Counted from the stretch's first letter, positions 35,722 to 46,140 are shown. The stretch: 64,000 bases of DNA from Polyangiaceae bacterium (GCA_033763455.1 JANRKO010000074.1:54715-118714); one strand, 5' to 3'. The notes: generated by a model from the letters alone, not told the origin. A program made the numbers and translations.

Positions 35722-36807
35722 CTACAGCGTTAGCAGCTTCCGATAAGCCTCGACGGTGGCTTGGCCCACGCCCTCTGGGGAAAGTGGCCCCAAGTGTTGT
35801 CCTAGCGTCCGCTCAGGCAACGATTCGGCCTGTTTGAGCGCCAGCGCCAGCTGCTCCGGGCCGAGCCTTCCCTCGTAGAGCTTCACCCAAGCGTCGCCCA
35901 CCAAATGTTCCAGATCTTCGGCCGCCCCCAACCGCGGCATCAGCACCGGGCGATCAAATGTGAGCCCCAATACGGCCGAGCCTGAGTTCAGGATCTCCTG
36001 AAATGGCAGCACCACCAGGTTGGCGGCTCGCAGATACGTTTGGAGATCCACGTCTTTCACGTGCCCCGCGTATAGAAGGATGCGGGTGTCGGATTGGGCG
36101 GCGGCCTTCAGTTGTTGCCACAGAAGGGCTGTTCGTGGTTGCCCTGCTATCACGAGCCGCAGATTATCTCCCGGCAAGCTGTGAAATGCGTGAATCAGCT
36201 CGGGCACGTTCTTGTAGTTTGCGATGGTGCCAACAAATAAGAGCACGCGTGCCGCACCTGGGAGGTTGAGGGTTGTACGCGCTTGCTCCCGCGTGACACT
36301 GTCCGGGTAGCAGCCACGATAGTGCGGGTGCGGGACCACGAAACCCGCTTTTTGCGCGAGCTCTGGGAAGCGTTCAAGTGCAGCCCTCTTGCCGGCCGGG
36401 GTGAGCAAGAAATAGCCGTCCAGCTTTGGGATAAAGGCTCGCCAAAACTCAGCTTCTTGCCGTGGGTAGCGGCGGTCGTGCGCCCGTAGATTGTGCACGG
36501 TCCACACGAGCTTCGCGCCCCGCTGCTTCTGGCGCCTCATGGCGAGGAGCAGCGCTCCGGTTGTTAGCTTGGCGGACAGCAGCCCGTGGTTGAATACGGA
36601 CTCGGGCCAGTGAATGTGAAAGATGTCGTAGCGCCCCAGGAGGGCCCGCGCCGGGCTGTAGCTCTCCACCGTGGCACCGGCCTTTCGAACCTCTTGGTAC
36701 AGCAGGTTCGTGTAGGGGTTGAGCTTCGATGAGGCGGGACGCGCCAGGACGGCAATGGTGCGCGCTTGGGACTCGCTGGACGAAGACAAGGCCGAGGAAG
36801 CTAGCAT
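35722..36807 (-). CDS. Glycosyltransferase family 4 (GumI-like)
   Basis: NPYT.LL, HIHWPE, VWTVHNL..HD, YKNV, VVLPF..ILNSGS. Confidence 0.88.
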   Translation of the reverse strand: MLASSALSSSSESQARTIAVLARPASSKLNPYTNLLYQEVRKAGATVESYSPARALLGRYDIFHIHWPESVFNHGLLSAKLTTGALLLAMRRQKQRGAKLVWTVHNLRAHDRRYPRQEAEFWRAFIPKLDGYFLLTPAGKRAALERFPELAQKAGFVVPHPHYRGCYPDSVTREQARTTLNLPGAARVLLFVGTIANYKNVPELIHAFHSLPGDNLRLVIAGQPRTALLWQQLKAAAQSDTRILLYAGHVKDVDLQTYLRAANLVVLPFQEILNSGSAVLGLTFDRPVLMPRLGAAEDLEHLVGDAWVKLYEGRLGPEQLALALKQAESLPERTLGQHLGPLSPEGVGQATVEAYRKLLTL

Positions 36808-36888
36808 GGGCGAGAGGACGTCGCTAGCATCCAGCCTTCGAAGAGAACCGATTCCCACTTTGCGCGCGCCACACGTTTTTACCGGACG

Positions 36889-37827
36889 ATGATACCTCTC
36901 GTTGCACACTTTATTTGGATTGGAAGTTCGCTGCCATATACGCACCTTATTGCGCTGCGGTCAGCCGCGCGATCGGGCGGATTTTCCCAAGTAATTTTGC
37001 ATCACACGCACGATTTTACGGAGGGAGAAGTGTGGCTGGCGCTAAAGAGTGAGCCAAAAGTTGTGATGCGGCGGCTTGAGTTGGAGCAACGCGTGAGAGC
37101 GGTTGAGTCGCGTTTCGGTTTGCTCGGTCGCTTTCAGCAGCTTTCCCAACCCGCAGCACTTGCAAACGTAGTGCGTGCCATCATTCTTTGGGAAGAAGGG
37201 GGCGTATATTTGGATCTTGATACTATAACGATCAAAAGCTTTGCACCTCTTTGCCAAGAGGCGAGCTTCTTCTGCGGAGTTGAGCGCTTGGTGTTTCCTG
37301 CAGCGGTGCGCGGCTCTAGGAGTCCCTTCGTGCATGGCCAGGCACTCTTTCGCACGGCACTGCGCGACGGGTTGCGGCGGCTACCTAGTGGCTGGCGGTG
37401 GTTTAAACGGGTGGCAGGGCTGTACCCAGTAGCTGCAAATAACGCCGTAATGGGAGCCGAGGCGAAGCATCCGTTTCTCGAGCACCTACTTGCAAACATG
37501 GCGGCACTTTCCGATGTCGAGTGGCAGCGGCGGTTTCGGCTAGGCACCCACTTGCTGCAGCGTTCGTTGGGCACCTATGCGGGAAAGGACGCAACGGTGT
37601 TGCTTCCGGAAGCGTTTTATCCCCTTGGCCCAGAGATCAGCGAACATTGGTTCCGTTCTCAGAGGCCCCTAGCGCTTTCTGAGATGCTCGATGATTCCAC
37701 GCTGTCGGTGCATTGGTACGCTTCGGTACGAACTGCGAACTACACGCGCGACATCACTGCCGAATCGATACGTAGAGACGCTGGCCACCAGCCTTATGCT
37801 GCTCTGGCTGAGCCTTTCATCGAATGA
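36889..37827 (+). CDS. GT32 / DXD-motif glycosyltransferase
   Basis: MIPLVAHFIWIG, VR..ILWEEGGVYLDLD, NNAVMGA...HPF. Confidence 0.88.
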   Translation: MIPLVAHFIWIGSSLPYTHLIALRSAARSGGFSQVILHHTHDFTEGEVWLALKSEPKVVMRRLELEQRVRAVESRFGLLGRFQQLSQPAALANVVRAIILWEEGGVYLDLDTITIKSFAPLCQEASFFCGVERLVFPAAVRGSRSPFVHGQALFRTALRDGLRRLPSGWRWFKRVAGLYPVAANNAVMGAEAKHPFLEHLLANMAALSDVEWQRRFRLGTHLLQRSLGTYAGKDATVLLPEAFYPLGPEISEHWFRSQRPLALSEMLDDSTLSVHWYASVRTANYTRDITAESIRRDAGHQPYAALAEPFIE

Positions 37828-37831
37828 GAGC

Positions 37832-39334
37832 TCAGATGGCGAGCGGCTGCACTTGGAGCTTAGGCTTCGAGCCGCTTGGTGGCATTTCCGTTACGCGCGG
37901 CAACTCGCTCCACACCGGCTGTCTAATGCTAGCTAGGTCCATCGCCGAAGGTGGGCGGAGGCAGCCGCCAAGCGCCAACAGCCCGTGCACGACACTCATG
38001 CTGACCAGGCTTCCCAAGCCGCTCTTAGCCGCACTTTGCGCTGATTCGCGCTCCAGGTGCTCGCGGGCCGAGGCGAAGGCTTCGTAGTAAGCCTGAATGC
38101 CTCGCTCCGGGTGCCGAAGATGGCGCACCAGCTGCGAGGCTTGCTGCCCAAGCTGTACGCGTAGGGCCGGGTCGCGAAGCAGCCGCAGTACGGCGTTGGC
38201 GAAGCGCCAATTGGCTTCCTCGACGTTCTGCCCATTGGGGATCAATACTCCGTTTCGATCGGTCTGAACCTGTTCGCTCACACCCATGTTGTCGGCGAGA
38301 GCAACTACAGGTAATCCGCACCACATGGCCTCGCTCACAACCTGCCCGTAGGTCTCGGAGAGCGAGGTGTACACGAAGAGGTCTGCGTGTTGATAATAGA
38401 GGGGCACCTCGGTGAGCGGCTTCTCGCCCAGGAAAAGCGTGCGGTCGGCAACGCCAAGCTTGGCGGCGTGCGCCTTGAAGGCTCCGTGATCTGGCCCGTC
38501 TCCGATGAGCGTGAGGGTCGCGTCCGGGCAGGCTACTGCAACCAACGAGGCAAAGATGTTGAGGAGCCGTTCGACTTCCTTTTCGCGCGTGTGGCGGCAC
38601 ACCACGAGCAACCGATAGCCGCGCTTCATGTGTGCGGGGTAAGGATCTACGGTCGTAGTGAGGTTGAAGATCTTGGGATCTACACTGCGCGGAATTACGT
38701 GGATGGGGCAGCGCACGCCCAGCTCTTCCCAGTAGCGCTTAAGCCCGGAAGAGAGCACCACGACGCCATCGGTCTGATTGTAGAGTGCGGCGTTTTGCCG
38801 CTGTGCCCACGGCACGATGCTTTCGGAAAGGGCGCGCTGCAGCAACGGCTGCTTTCGCAACGAGTCGGGCAAGATGACGTTTGCCACGGAAGGAAGGTGA
38901 ACGGTGTTGACGCACAACATCGGCACGCGGTGCTTCTGACGGAGCCAAACCCCAAGCTCGGTGAGCCGAGAGCCACTCTGAGCCAGGACCATATCAAAAT
39001 TCTCCTGGGCGACGCGGGCTAGCGCCTTCTGGCCAGGAAACGGCAGGTACACGCCGGGATGAAAGCGTAAGGGCACGCTGGGCAGGGAGATGTGTCGCGC
39101 CGGAAGCTCTTCAGGCCGGGCCGTCGGGTCGTGGGGGCCAACTACGGTTGTCTCGTGGCCACGCCGGGCAAACTCGCGATACAGCATCTGCGAGGCAAAC
39201 GAAGACCCGTTGGCGTAAGGGACACGCACGTAATCGTTGAGGATAGCGATCTTGCGGGGCCACTCGTCGTGCCCTTGGGTTCGCTCGCTGGACGGATACG
39301 TATTCGAAGAATAAGGGAAAGTTGGAGCGTTCAT
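37832..39334 (-). CDS. Glycosyltransferase family 4 (diacylglycerol glycosyltransferase-like)
   Basis: NDY....NG, RHTREKEV, GDGP, DLFVYTSLSETYGQVVSEAM.CGLPVV. Confidence 0.88.
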   Translation of the reverse strand: MNAPTFPYSSNTYPSSERTQGHDEWPRKIAILNDYVRVPYANGSSFASQMLYREFARRGHETTVVGPHDPTARPEELPARHISLPSVPLRFHPGVYLPFPGQKALARVAQENFDMVLAQSGSRLTELGVWLRQKHRVPMLCVNTVHLPSVANVILPDSLRKQPLLQRALSESIVPWAQRQNAALYNQTDGVVVLSSGLKRYWEELGVRCPIHVIPRSVDPKIFNLTTTVDPYPAHMKRGYRLLVVCRHTREKEVERLLNIFASLVAVACPDATLTLIGDGPDHGAFKAHAAKLGVADRTLFLGEKPLTEVPLYYQHADLFVYTSLSETYGQVVSEAMWCGLPVVALADNMGVSEQVQTDRNGVLIPNGQNVEEANWRFANAVLRLLRDPALRVQLGQQASQLVRHLRHPERGIQAYYEAFASAREHLERESAQSAAKSGLGSLVSMSVVHGLLALGGCLRPPSAMDLASIRQPVWSELPRVTEMPPSGSKPKLQVQPLAI

Positions 39335-39685
39335 GGCTTGCGGGAAGTTGAGGCTGCCCCCTATAGGGCGCAGGGCTTGGTGCGTGAAGGCGTCTTCCAG
39401 ATCTTAAAAAGTGGCCAACTTTGGGGTTACCAGTGCTTTTCGAGCGCTTGCTTGCAAGGACCTGGCCAGCGGTAATCTCACGAGAAAAAGAGCATGTTGC
39501 CGAGAGTTCTCCACTTCGCCGCCCCATACGTGTCGCCGACCAGCGACACTTTCACCGCATCTGTGAATCAGGGATACAGTGGGCGGTCACGTAGGCGGTC
39601 CAGCTACAGTGTCGGCGTAGCTAGTGCCCTTCGTGGACCCGGGAGGCCAGGTGCACTTCCGGCGGAGCTGGATCTGGTCACCCCA

Positions 39686-39705
39686 AACACAGGTTTAACA
39701 CAGGT
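39686..39705. promoter_or_regulatory. Direct repeat with 11-bp period (OmpR/PhoB-type box candidate)
   Basis: AACACAGGT-TT-AACACAGGT, about 30 bp upstream of the MMPL start, in an AT-rich patch. Confidence 0.45.
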
Positions 39706-39734
39706 CTAATATCTCTAAATTATTAAGGAATCTC

Positions 39735-42251
39735 ATGAGCATCGTCGCCCAAGAACAAGCCGCGGATCGATGGCTTCGCCGCGTAACCAACTGCGCACTT
39801 AACAAGCCCTGGCGGATCTTGATCCTCGGCGGGGTCCTTTTGCTGGTTCTCGGGGGCTTAGCCTCCCGCCTGCGAGTCAACGGTAACTTCGTGATGCTCC
39901 TGCCTTCCAAGAGTGAGGCCGCTCAGCGATTCACCAAGACCGTCGATCGAAAGGGAGGCGCGGGCTCATCGCTCATCGTGCTGGTTACCTCGCCAGATGC
40001 AAACTCCAATCAACGCTTCATTGATGACTTGGAGCGGCGCATTAGCGCCCTCAAGCTCAGTTCCATCCAAAGCATGGAGCACGGGCCTTTGGAGGTTCGG
40101 GCATTCTACCAGAAATGGCGGTGGCTATTTGCCCCGCTTGCTGATCTTACACGCCTTGAGTGCGAAGTCACTCAAGAGGTGGGGCGGCAAAGCCCTGGGT
40201 ATTTGGGGCTAGATGAGCCGTGTGAATCGGTGTCGAAGAGCAACGGAGAAAAGTCCGCGGACCTTCCACCCGGGGAGGGTTCAGCGTTAACACGCTTGCG
40301 TCGCAAGTTTGAGCAAGAAGCGGCCAAGGCCGATCCGTTCCCAACCAACTACTACCGGACCCCCGATGGGCGTACGTACGCGCTTTTGATCCGCAGCCGT
40401 GCCGGTGGGATGGGGGAATTCTCAACGGACAGTCTTTTTTTGAAGGTCCAGGAGCTTGCTCAGGCGTTGCCGAAAAGCGCGTACCACCGGGAATCTCAAT
40501 ACGGGTTCGGCGGGGATATTCCGAACGCTATCGCTGAACGTGACGCCCTCGTCGACGACATGACGATCGTGTCGACGGTTGCTATTGTGCTGATTTTAGG
40601 CGCTATTGTGATCTTCTTTCGGTCGCCGTTTGTCCTTTCGCACATCGGCCTTGCGGTTGCGATTGGCTGTTCCACGGCCTTTGCCACTGCCTATGTAGCG
40701 TTTGGCCACCTCAATGCCGCCACAAGTTTTCTCGTCGCTATCATCGCCGGCAACGGTATCAATCCAGCGATCATGTATTTGGCGCGCTTCGTTGAATTGA
40801 AGCCTAGTCACGGATTTGCGCCAGCCGTTTTGCAGGCAGCCGTGGATACTCGAAGGGGTACATGGCTGGCCGCGCTTGCGGCCGCAGGAGCTTACGGGGC
40901 CTTGATGGTCACCAACTTCCGTGGCTTCAGCGAATTCGGCCTGATAGGGGCGGTGGGCATGCTCGCATGCTGGAGCGCCACCTTCGTGTTTTGTCCAGCG
41001 TCATTGGCGGCGGGAGAGTCCATTCGGCAGCGCTTTTCTCTGCGACGAGCCGAGGCGCACCGACAAAGCACTGGGCGAATGGAGCATTTCGTGGCGAACC
41101 TAACTGGGCGTTACCCGGGATGGGTGATGCTCGTTGGCGTTGCCATTACGTTGGGTTTAGCTTGGCCGATTCCGGGCTACCTGGCTAACCCCTGGGAGTA
41201 CAACTTCGCACGTTTGAAGAGCCGTTCCAGTTCGGATCGGGGTGCGGGATACTGGAGTGTGAAGTCGGGCCAAGTGTTCGCAAGCCGGGGCTCGGATCAG
41301 CTGCTTTTGGCTGATTCCATGGAGGAAGCGCCGCTTTTAGCCGAACGTGTATTGGCGCGGGATAAGCAGCTATTTCACGGGCGATATGTCGAAAAAGTTC
41401 AGACCATTTACGATCAACTCGGCGGCTCTCCTGAGGTCGTGCAACAGAAGCTTGAGCTCTTGGCTTCGATTCGTGAAGCGCTTGACAGCGCCATGGGCAA
41501 GCTCAAGGGTGAGGATCTGAAGTTTGCCAATGATTGGCGCCCACCAGAATATCTGCGAGCGCTTGCTCCGAACGATCTGCCGCCACTCTTATTGGAGCGA
41601 TTTAGGGAAACCAACGGCAAGATTGGTACGCCCGTTTACGTGACTCTGGCACGCGATGTGTCGCAAAGCCGCGGGGAGAATCTTCTCGCCATCTCCGATG
41701 TTCTGGAGGGGGTTAAGCTCAAGAGTGGGGAGGTGGTTCCGAATGCTAGCCGGGCCTCCATTTTTGCTGAGATGATCCGTTCTATGGGGCGAGATGGCCC
41801 GAAGGCAACCCTTCTAGCTTTGCTTCTGGTGAGCATTCTCACCATCGGAGTGACGCGCAGCCTTTGGGGATCGGCTGCTGTGCTAGGTTCGCTCATTGCC
41901 GCGGTGGTGTGGATGGTAGGCTTTGCCGCCTATGCGGATATTCGCCTGAATTTCCTCAATTTTGTGGCCCTTCCTCTGACTTTTGGCATTGGGGTGGAGT
42001 ACGCCATCAACCTATTCGAACGCGTTCGCGCTGAAGGCGGCGATGTCGGCAAGGGTATTCGTTCGGCTGCTGGCCCCGTTGCACTTTGCAGCTTAACGAC
42101 TATTTTAGGTTATGCTTCCTTGCTGAAGGCTGACAATCAAGCGTTACAGTCGTTCGGGCACTACGCCATCATCGGAGAGTTCGCCTGCATTCTGAGTGCT
42201 GCTCTCTTGATGCCCGCAGGGCTCGTACTCGCCAAGAGGCTTCGGAAATGA
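39735..42251 (+). CDS. MMPL/RND-family lipid exporter
   Basis: Two repeats of TM + periplasmic domain + TM bundle; GNGIN, GIGVEYAI, SLTTILGYASL. Confidence 0.9.
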   Translation: MSIVAQEQAADRWLRRVTNCALNKPWRILILGGVLLLVLGGLASRLRVNGNFVMLLPSKSEAAQRFTKTVDRKGGAGSSLIVLVTSPDANSNQRFIDDLERRISALKLSSIQSMEHGPLEVRAFYQKWRWLFAPLADLTRLECEVTQEVGRQSPGYLGLDEPCESVSKSNGEKSADLPPGEGSALTRLRRKFEQEAAKADPFPTNYYRTPDGRTYALLIRSRAGGMGEFSTDSLFLKVQELAQALPKSAYHRESQYGFGGDIPNAIAERDALVDDMTIVSTVAIVLILGAIVIFFRSPFVLSHIGLAVAIGCSTAFATAYVAFGHLNAATSFLVAIIAGNGINPAIMYLARFVELKPSHGFAPAVLQAAVDTRRGTWLAALAAAGAYGALMVTNFRGFSEFGLIGAVGMLACWSATFVFCPASLAAGESIRQRFSLRRAEAHRQSTGRMEHFVANLTGRYPGWVMLVGVAITLGLAWPIPGYLANPWEYNFARLKSRSSSDRGAGYWSVKSGQVFASRGSDQLLLADSMEEAPLLAERVLARDKQLFHGRYVEKVQTIYDQLGGSPEVVQQKLELLASIREALDSAMGKLKGEDLKFANDWRPPEYLRALAPNDLPPLLLERFRETNGKIGTPVYVTLARDVSQSRGENLLAISDVLEGVKLKSGEVVPNASRASIFAEMIRSMGRDGPKATLLALLLVSILTIGVTRSLWGSAAVLGSLIAAVVWMVGFAAYADIRLNFLNFVALPLTFGIGVEYAINLFERVRAEGGDVGKGIRSAAGPVALCSLTTILGYASLLKADNQALQSFGHYAIIGEFACILSAALLMPAGLVLAKRLRK

Positions 42252-43426
42252 AGATCGTCGATTTGTGTGAGTTCTACTCCGAGCGAGGTGGAGGAGTGCG
42301 TTCGTACCTCGATAAGATGCTGAAGGCTGCCCACGGCACCGAACACGAGGTGATTGTCGTGGCCCCCGGACCAGAAGATTCAGTGATTACCGAGGGGCAG
42401 GGAACCATCCGACGTTTTGCGGCGCCGCCCATGCCGTACGACCCCACCTATCGCATGCCCTGGCGGCTCGATCGCATGCGCAGCATTGTGAAGGAGCTGA
42501 AGCCTGATGTTTTGCAGGTTTCAAGCCCTTTTGCACCCGCGTGGGTGGCGGCGACGATCTCGGATGTGCCTTTAAAGACGTATGTTTACCATTCGGATCC
42601 CATTGGCTGTTACGTCACACGCGCCGCGCGGTGGGTGCGTTTGGCGCCTGTTTCGGACCTCATGCACGGAGTGAGTTGGGGCTACCTTCGGCGCATTTGT
42701 AACTCGTTTGATGCAACGCTCGTGGCGGGGAAATGGCTGGCGGAGCTCCTGCTTTCCAAGGGATGCGAGCGCGTGCACACTGTGCCTTTCGGAATCGACC
42801 ACGCTGATTTCGGTCCAGAGCGGCGGGATGCCGTGCTGCGCGAGCGGTTGCTCGGGCCTTTTGCTTCTCGCCCCGGTGCGCAGTTAGCTTTAATTGGCGG
42901 GCGATTGGCTAGCGATAAGCGGCAGAGCTTGCTGCTTTCAGCAATGAAGCTCGTGAACGAGAAACGACCCGTCGCCGTGGTGCTACTTGGCGACGGGCCT
43001 GAGCGTGAACGGCTTGAAGCAATGGGTCGCACGTTGCCGGCTTTTTCATCGCTGCTTTTTACAAAAAATCGAGCAGAATACGCCGCTCTTTTGGCGAGTG
43101 TCGATGTCGTGCTTCAAGGCTCCATGTGCGAAACTTTCGGATTTTTCCCCTCGGAAGCCTTGGCTTCAGGCGTGCCGTTGGTGGTCCCCGATCAGGGCGG
43201 TGCTGCCTTCTTGGGAGATCCAAGTTGCGTTGTGCAGTATCCATCGTTCGGTGGTGCGAGCGCGGTAGCAGCGGCCATTGAGAACATTCTGCAGCGGCCT
43301 CGCAAAGATCTACAGCTTGGTGCCATCCAGGCAGCCCATGCCATACCGGAAAGCCGGGAGCACTATCAGAACCTGTTTCGCTTCTACGAAGAGCAATTGC
43401 TACAGGTGGCATCGAAGAAATCCTGA
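42248..43426 (+). CDS. Glycosyltransferase family 4
   Basis: FYSERGGGVRSY, GRLASDKR, GDGP, ETFGFFPSEALASGVPLV; ATGA overlap with the MMPL gene. Confidence 0.92.
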   Translation: MKIVDLCEFYSERGGGVRSYLDKMLKAAHGTEHEVIVVAPGPEDSVITEGQGTIRRFAAPPMPYDPTYRMPWRLDRMRSIVKELKPDVLQVSSPFAPAWVAATISDVPLKTYVYHSDPIGCYVTRAARWVRLAPVSDLMHGVSWGYLRRICNSFDATLVAGKWLAELLLSKGCERVHTVPFGIDHADFGPERRDAVLRERLLGPFASRPGAQLALIGGRLASDKRQSLLLSAMKLVNEKRPVAVVLLGDGPERERLEAMGRTLPAFSSLLFTKNRAEYAALLASVDVVLQGSMCETFGFFPSEALASGVPLVVPDQGGAAFLGDPSCVVQYPSFGGASAVAAAIENILQRPRKDLQLGAIQAAHAIPESREHYQNLFRFYEEQLLQVASKKS

Positions 43427-43442
43427 GAGTACTGGCAAAGCT

Positions 43443-43502
43443 GGGACGGCTTGCACTGCAAGCGGAGAGCGGGCGAAGGGACGGCTTGCACTGCAAGCGG
43501 AG
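43443..43502. repeat. Two 25-bp direct repeats, each containing a perfect palindrome (REP-like)
   Basis: GGGACGGCTTGCACTGCAAGCGGAG at 43443 and 43478; internal GCTTGCA-C-TGCAAGC. Confidence 0.85.
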
Positions 43503-43684
43503 GGCGCAGGGCGAGCCACGTTCCCCATGGGAGCGGATCGAGTCTAGTGTTCTTGGCACTGAATTCCCTTTGACCATCCGCGACGGGAGCAAGTCGCCCA
43601 GATTTGTCCTGAACAGCGTCTCCAGATTCTTATATAGGTAGAATTTTGTAGCTATATGTAGGCAAGTGTCGTACTGTGTAGGTG

Positions 43685-44080
43685 ATGGCTCGCGCTACCT
43701 TTGCTTTCTCGACAATCAGTGGGGTGTTCTCCCTGGTGGTCTTGACCGGGTGCGCCCACCCAATGGCGAAGAAGTTGGAGGGGCGCTGGTTTGGGGACTC
43801 CATTGAGAACTTCCGGGACGAGCACGTTGCCGCCGCCACAGGTTGGGCAAAAGGCACGAGCATGGAGTTTTCCGGATCGACAGTGCGCGTGACCATCCCG
43901 ACCGAGGAACCGCGCGTTGGACGCTACTCCGTTACCGGAGCGCACGGCACAGATGTGTTCCTGACGGTGACCTCTAAGGAAGCTCCGGCTTCCAAGGTTC
44001 ACTTCAAAATGGACGATGAGAACAGTCTGCGTTGGCTGCTCGCAGGTGGGCGCGCTGTCGTCATGCGCCGAGAACACTGA
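43685..44080 (+). CDS. Small lipoprotein, hypothetical
   Basis: Lipobox VLTGC; LEGRW motif followed by beta-rich sequence. Confidence 0.75.
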   Translation: MARATFAFSTISGVFSLVVLTGCAHPMAKKLEGRWFGDSIENFRDEHVAAATGWAKGTSMEFSGSTVRVTIPTEEPRVGRYSVTGAHGTDVFLTVTSKEAPASKVHFKMDDENSLRWLLAGGRAVVMRREH

Positions 44081-44178
44081 TTTTACAAGAAAACGAGAAA
44101 CCCTATGTTCCTACTAGTTATTGCCTACTTGTTGACCCGCAATCGCAGCGCCCGAGCCTGAGAACGCGGCACCTCGCC

Positions 44179-45381
44179 TCAGCGCGGCGAAAGATCTATC
44201 TCGAGCCGACGAAAAAGCTCAGCGCCCTTTTGGGACTCACCAAAATTGAGCGTCTGAATTTGTCTGCGTAAGCAGGCGTCAGCCTGAGGTAGAAAGGGCG
44301 GCGCGAACTCTAGTTCTGTCAGGTCGCCCTTTGAGTTAACTTGTAACCGCGCTTGCGTTGTGAACTTAGAAGACAGTGGGTGCCCATTCTTTGCCACGTT
44401 GCTATAAAGGCAATCGCGTGCGCTACGAACCAGGGCGTCGACGCCGGCATTCGCCTGCGAGAGGTTGAGTGTTAGCGGGATTTCAGCTGGAATTGCGGTG
44501 TCCTGTTCGGGAGCACGGGTCAGCTTGGAGCTGAGCTTCTTGGGTGGCGATGCCTCTACAGCGCTTCGCGGATCTGTACTTTCGAGGTTGGCCGCCCCCC
44601 TGGTTTCGTTGGCGCGTGCAAGTTCGTTCGGGCTTGCGGCTTTGGCTCCAACGAGCGTACCGCTTGGTTCCCACACTTGGCCGCTGCTCGCATCAAGTGC
44701 GAAGTCCCCGCTTGCTGGGGCGCGGAGAGGGAATATCTGGCGACCCGCTCCGAGCGAACTTACCGCGACTTCGCCTCGCATGAGATCCACGTGCACGTGA
44801 TCCAAACTGCGCCTAACTCGGAATACCGTACCCTTAACGGCCACCCGTGTCTGTGCTGCTTCCACCGCGAAGATGTCGGGTCCAAGGCCTGGTGTGATCT
44901 CCGCAAGCAGCTCGCCCTGTGCGAGCTGCATCACGAGCGGATCACGCCGAAGTAGCGTGGCTTCTCCACCGCTCGACAGAACCCACTTTCCAAGGCGTGC
45001 ATCTGTGATCGTAATGTCTGAATGGCTTGCAACAAAGCGATCGCCCACTTTGGTCTGGGCGTTGTCCACGTTGGGAGAAGTCCACGTCCGAGCACTCGCA
45101 GTTCCTGCCTGAGAAGGTAGGTCTTGGTGGTGGTTGTTCAGAACGCGGTAGCCGCCCAGCGCCAGGACTGCTCCAGCTGCTGCGGCAAGGCCCCAAGCCA
45201 GGCCACTCTGCGGAAACCCAGAGCGCCGCGGGGCCAACCCCGATGCCGAAGGCGCCTGCCCTTCAAGCTCCGAGAACAGCTCTTGCTCAAGTGCCGCCCA
45301 CTGGATGGGCGGAACCCGGGCGGCTTTCACTTCTTCGACGAGCTGCCGTACTCGACGTATATCGGAGCTACTGTCGGTCAC
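44179..45381 (-). CDS. FecR-domain anti-sigma factor
   Basis: Single TM helix, LAQGEL, RVAVKGTVFRV, RGEVAV; coupled to the ECF sigma gene (GTGA overlap). Confidence 0.82.
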   Translation of the reverse strand: MTDSSSDIRRVRQLVEEVKAARVPPIQWAALEQELFSELEGQAPSASGLAPRRSGFPQSGLAWGLAAAAGAVLALGGYRVLNNHHQDLPSQAGTASARTWTSPNVDNAQTKVGDRFVASHSDITITDARLGKWVLSSGGEATLLRRDPLVMQLAQGELLAEITPGLGPDIFAVEAAQTRVAVKGTVFRVRRSLDHVHVDLMRGEVAVSSLGAGRQIFPLRAPASGDFALDASSGQVWEPSGTLVGAKAASPNELARANETRGAANLESTDPRSAVEASPPKKLSSKLTRAPEQDTAIPAEIPLTLNLSQANAGVDALVRSARDCLYSNVAKNGHPLSSKFTTQARLQVNSKGDLTELEFAPPFLPQADACLRRQIQTLNFGESQKGAELFRRLEIDLSPR

Positions 45382-46031
45382 GAGTTCTCCTCCTCTGCCA
45401 AAGCTAGCTCTTTGGGAACATGGGCTAGATACGGCTCGTCTTTCATCATCGCAGCCAGTTCTCTTCTCGCGTAGAAGAGCCTTGTGCGCACGGTAAGCGC
45501 CGGAGCACCCACGGTTGCAGCAATTTCGGATGGTGTAAGCCCTTCGAGCTCGTGCAGAACGAACACAGTTCTCTTCTTTTCGCTCAGACGATTCAACAAG
45601 CGATAGAACGCCGCCATGCGAGCTTGCCGTGCAACTTCTTCGTCCGCCGCCGCACCCCGCTCGTCAGCTCTCTCTAGCAACGGGAGCTCCTCGAATTGGG
45701 GTCGGCTCTTGGCGGCCCGCCGGTGCATTAACACTACGTTGACGGTCACCCGATAGAGCCAGGTGGTGAATTTAGACTGCCCCTTGAAATCACGCAGGCT
45801 CCGGAACACCTGAACGAAGACCTCTTGGATCAAGTCTTCGAGCTCATGCTTCGCTCTTGGCCCGAGCATCCTATAAACGATTCGGGCTACGGCCTCTCGA
45901 TGTTGGATGAAGAGCGCACGGAAGGCTTCGCTTTCCCCGGCCTGGCAACGGCTTATGAGCACGGCTAGCGCTGAGGGTTCGTCCACGAAGCGAAGAGTAG
46001 CGGAGGTTGCAGCAGATGGCTCAGCCGACAT
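45378..46031 (-). CDS. ECF RNA polymerase sigma factor
   Basis: EDLIQEVF, FTTWLYRVTVN, VFVLHELEGL...EIA, TVRTRLFYAR. Confidence 0.95.
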   Translation of the reverse strand: MSAEPSAATSATLRFVDEPSALAVLISRCQAGESEAFRALFIQHREAVARIVYRMLGPRAKHELEDLIQEVFVQVFRSLRDFKGQSKFTTWLYRVTVNVVLMHRRAAKSRPQFEELPLLERADERGAAADEEVARQARMAAFYRLLNRLSEKKRTVFVLHELEGLTPSEIAATVGAPALTVRTRLFYARRELAAMMKDEPYLAHVPKELALAEEENS

Positions 46032-46140
46032 AGAGGGAAGGGAACAGCCCTAGTGAAGTAGGCCGACCCCAAGGTTAGTTGCCAGCCGCACCGATCTTTT
46101 TCACGTGCCCGAGCGATCCGTTGGCTAAATTTTGCCCCCA

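Noticed and set aside
43443..43502. Mini CRISPR array
   Set aside because: Only two repeats, a 10-bp spacer and no cas genes in the window.
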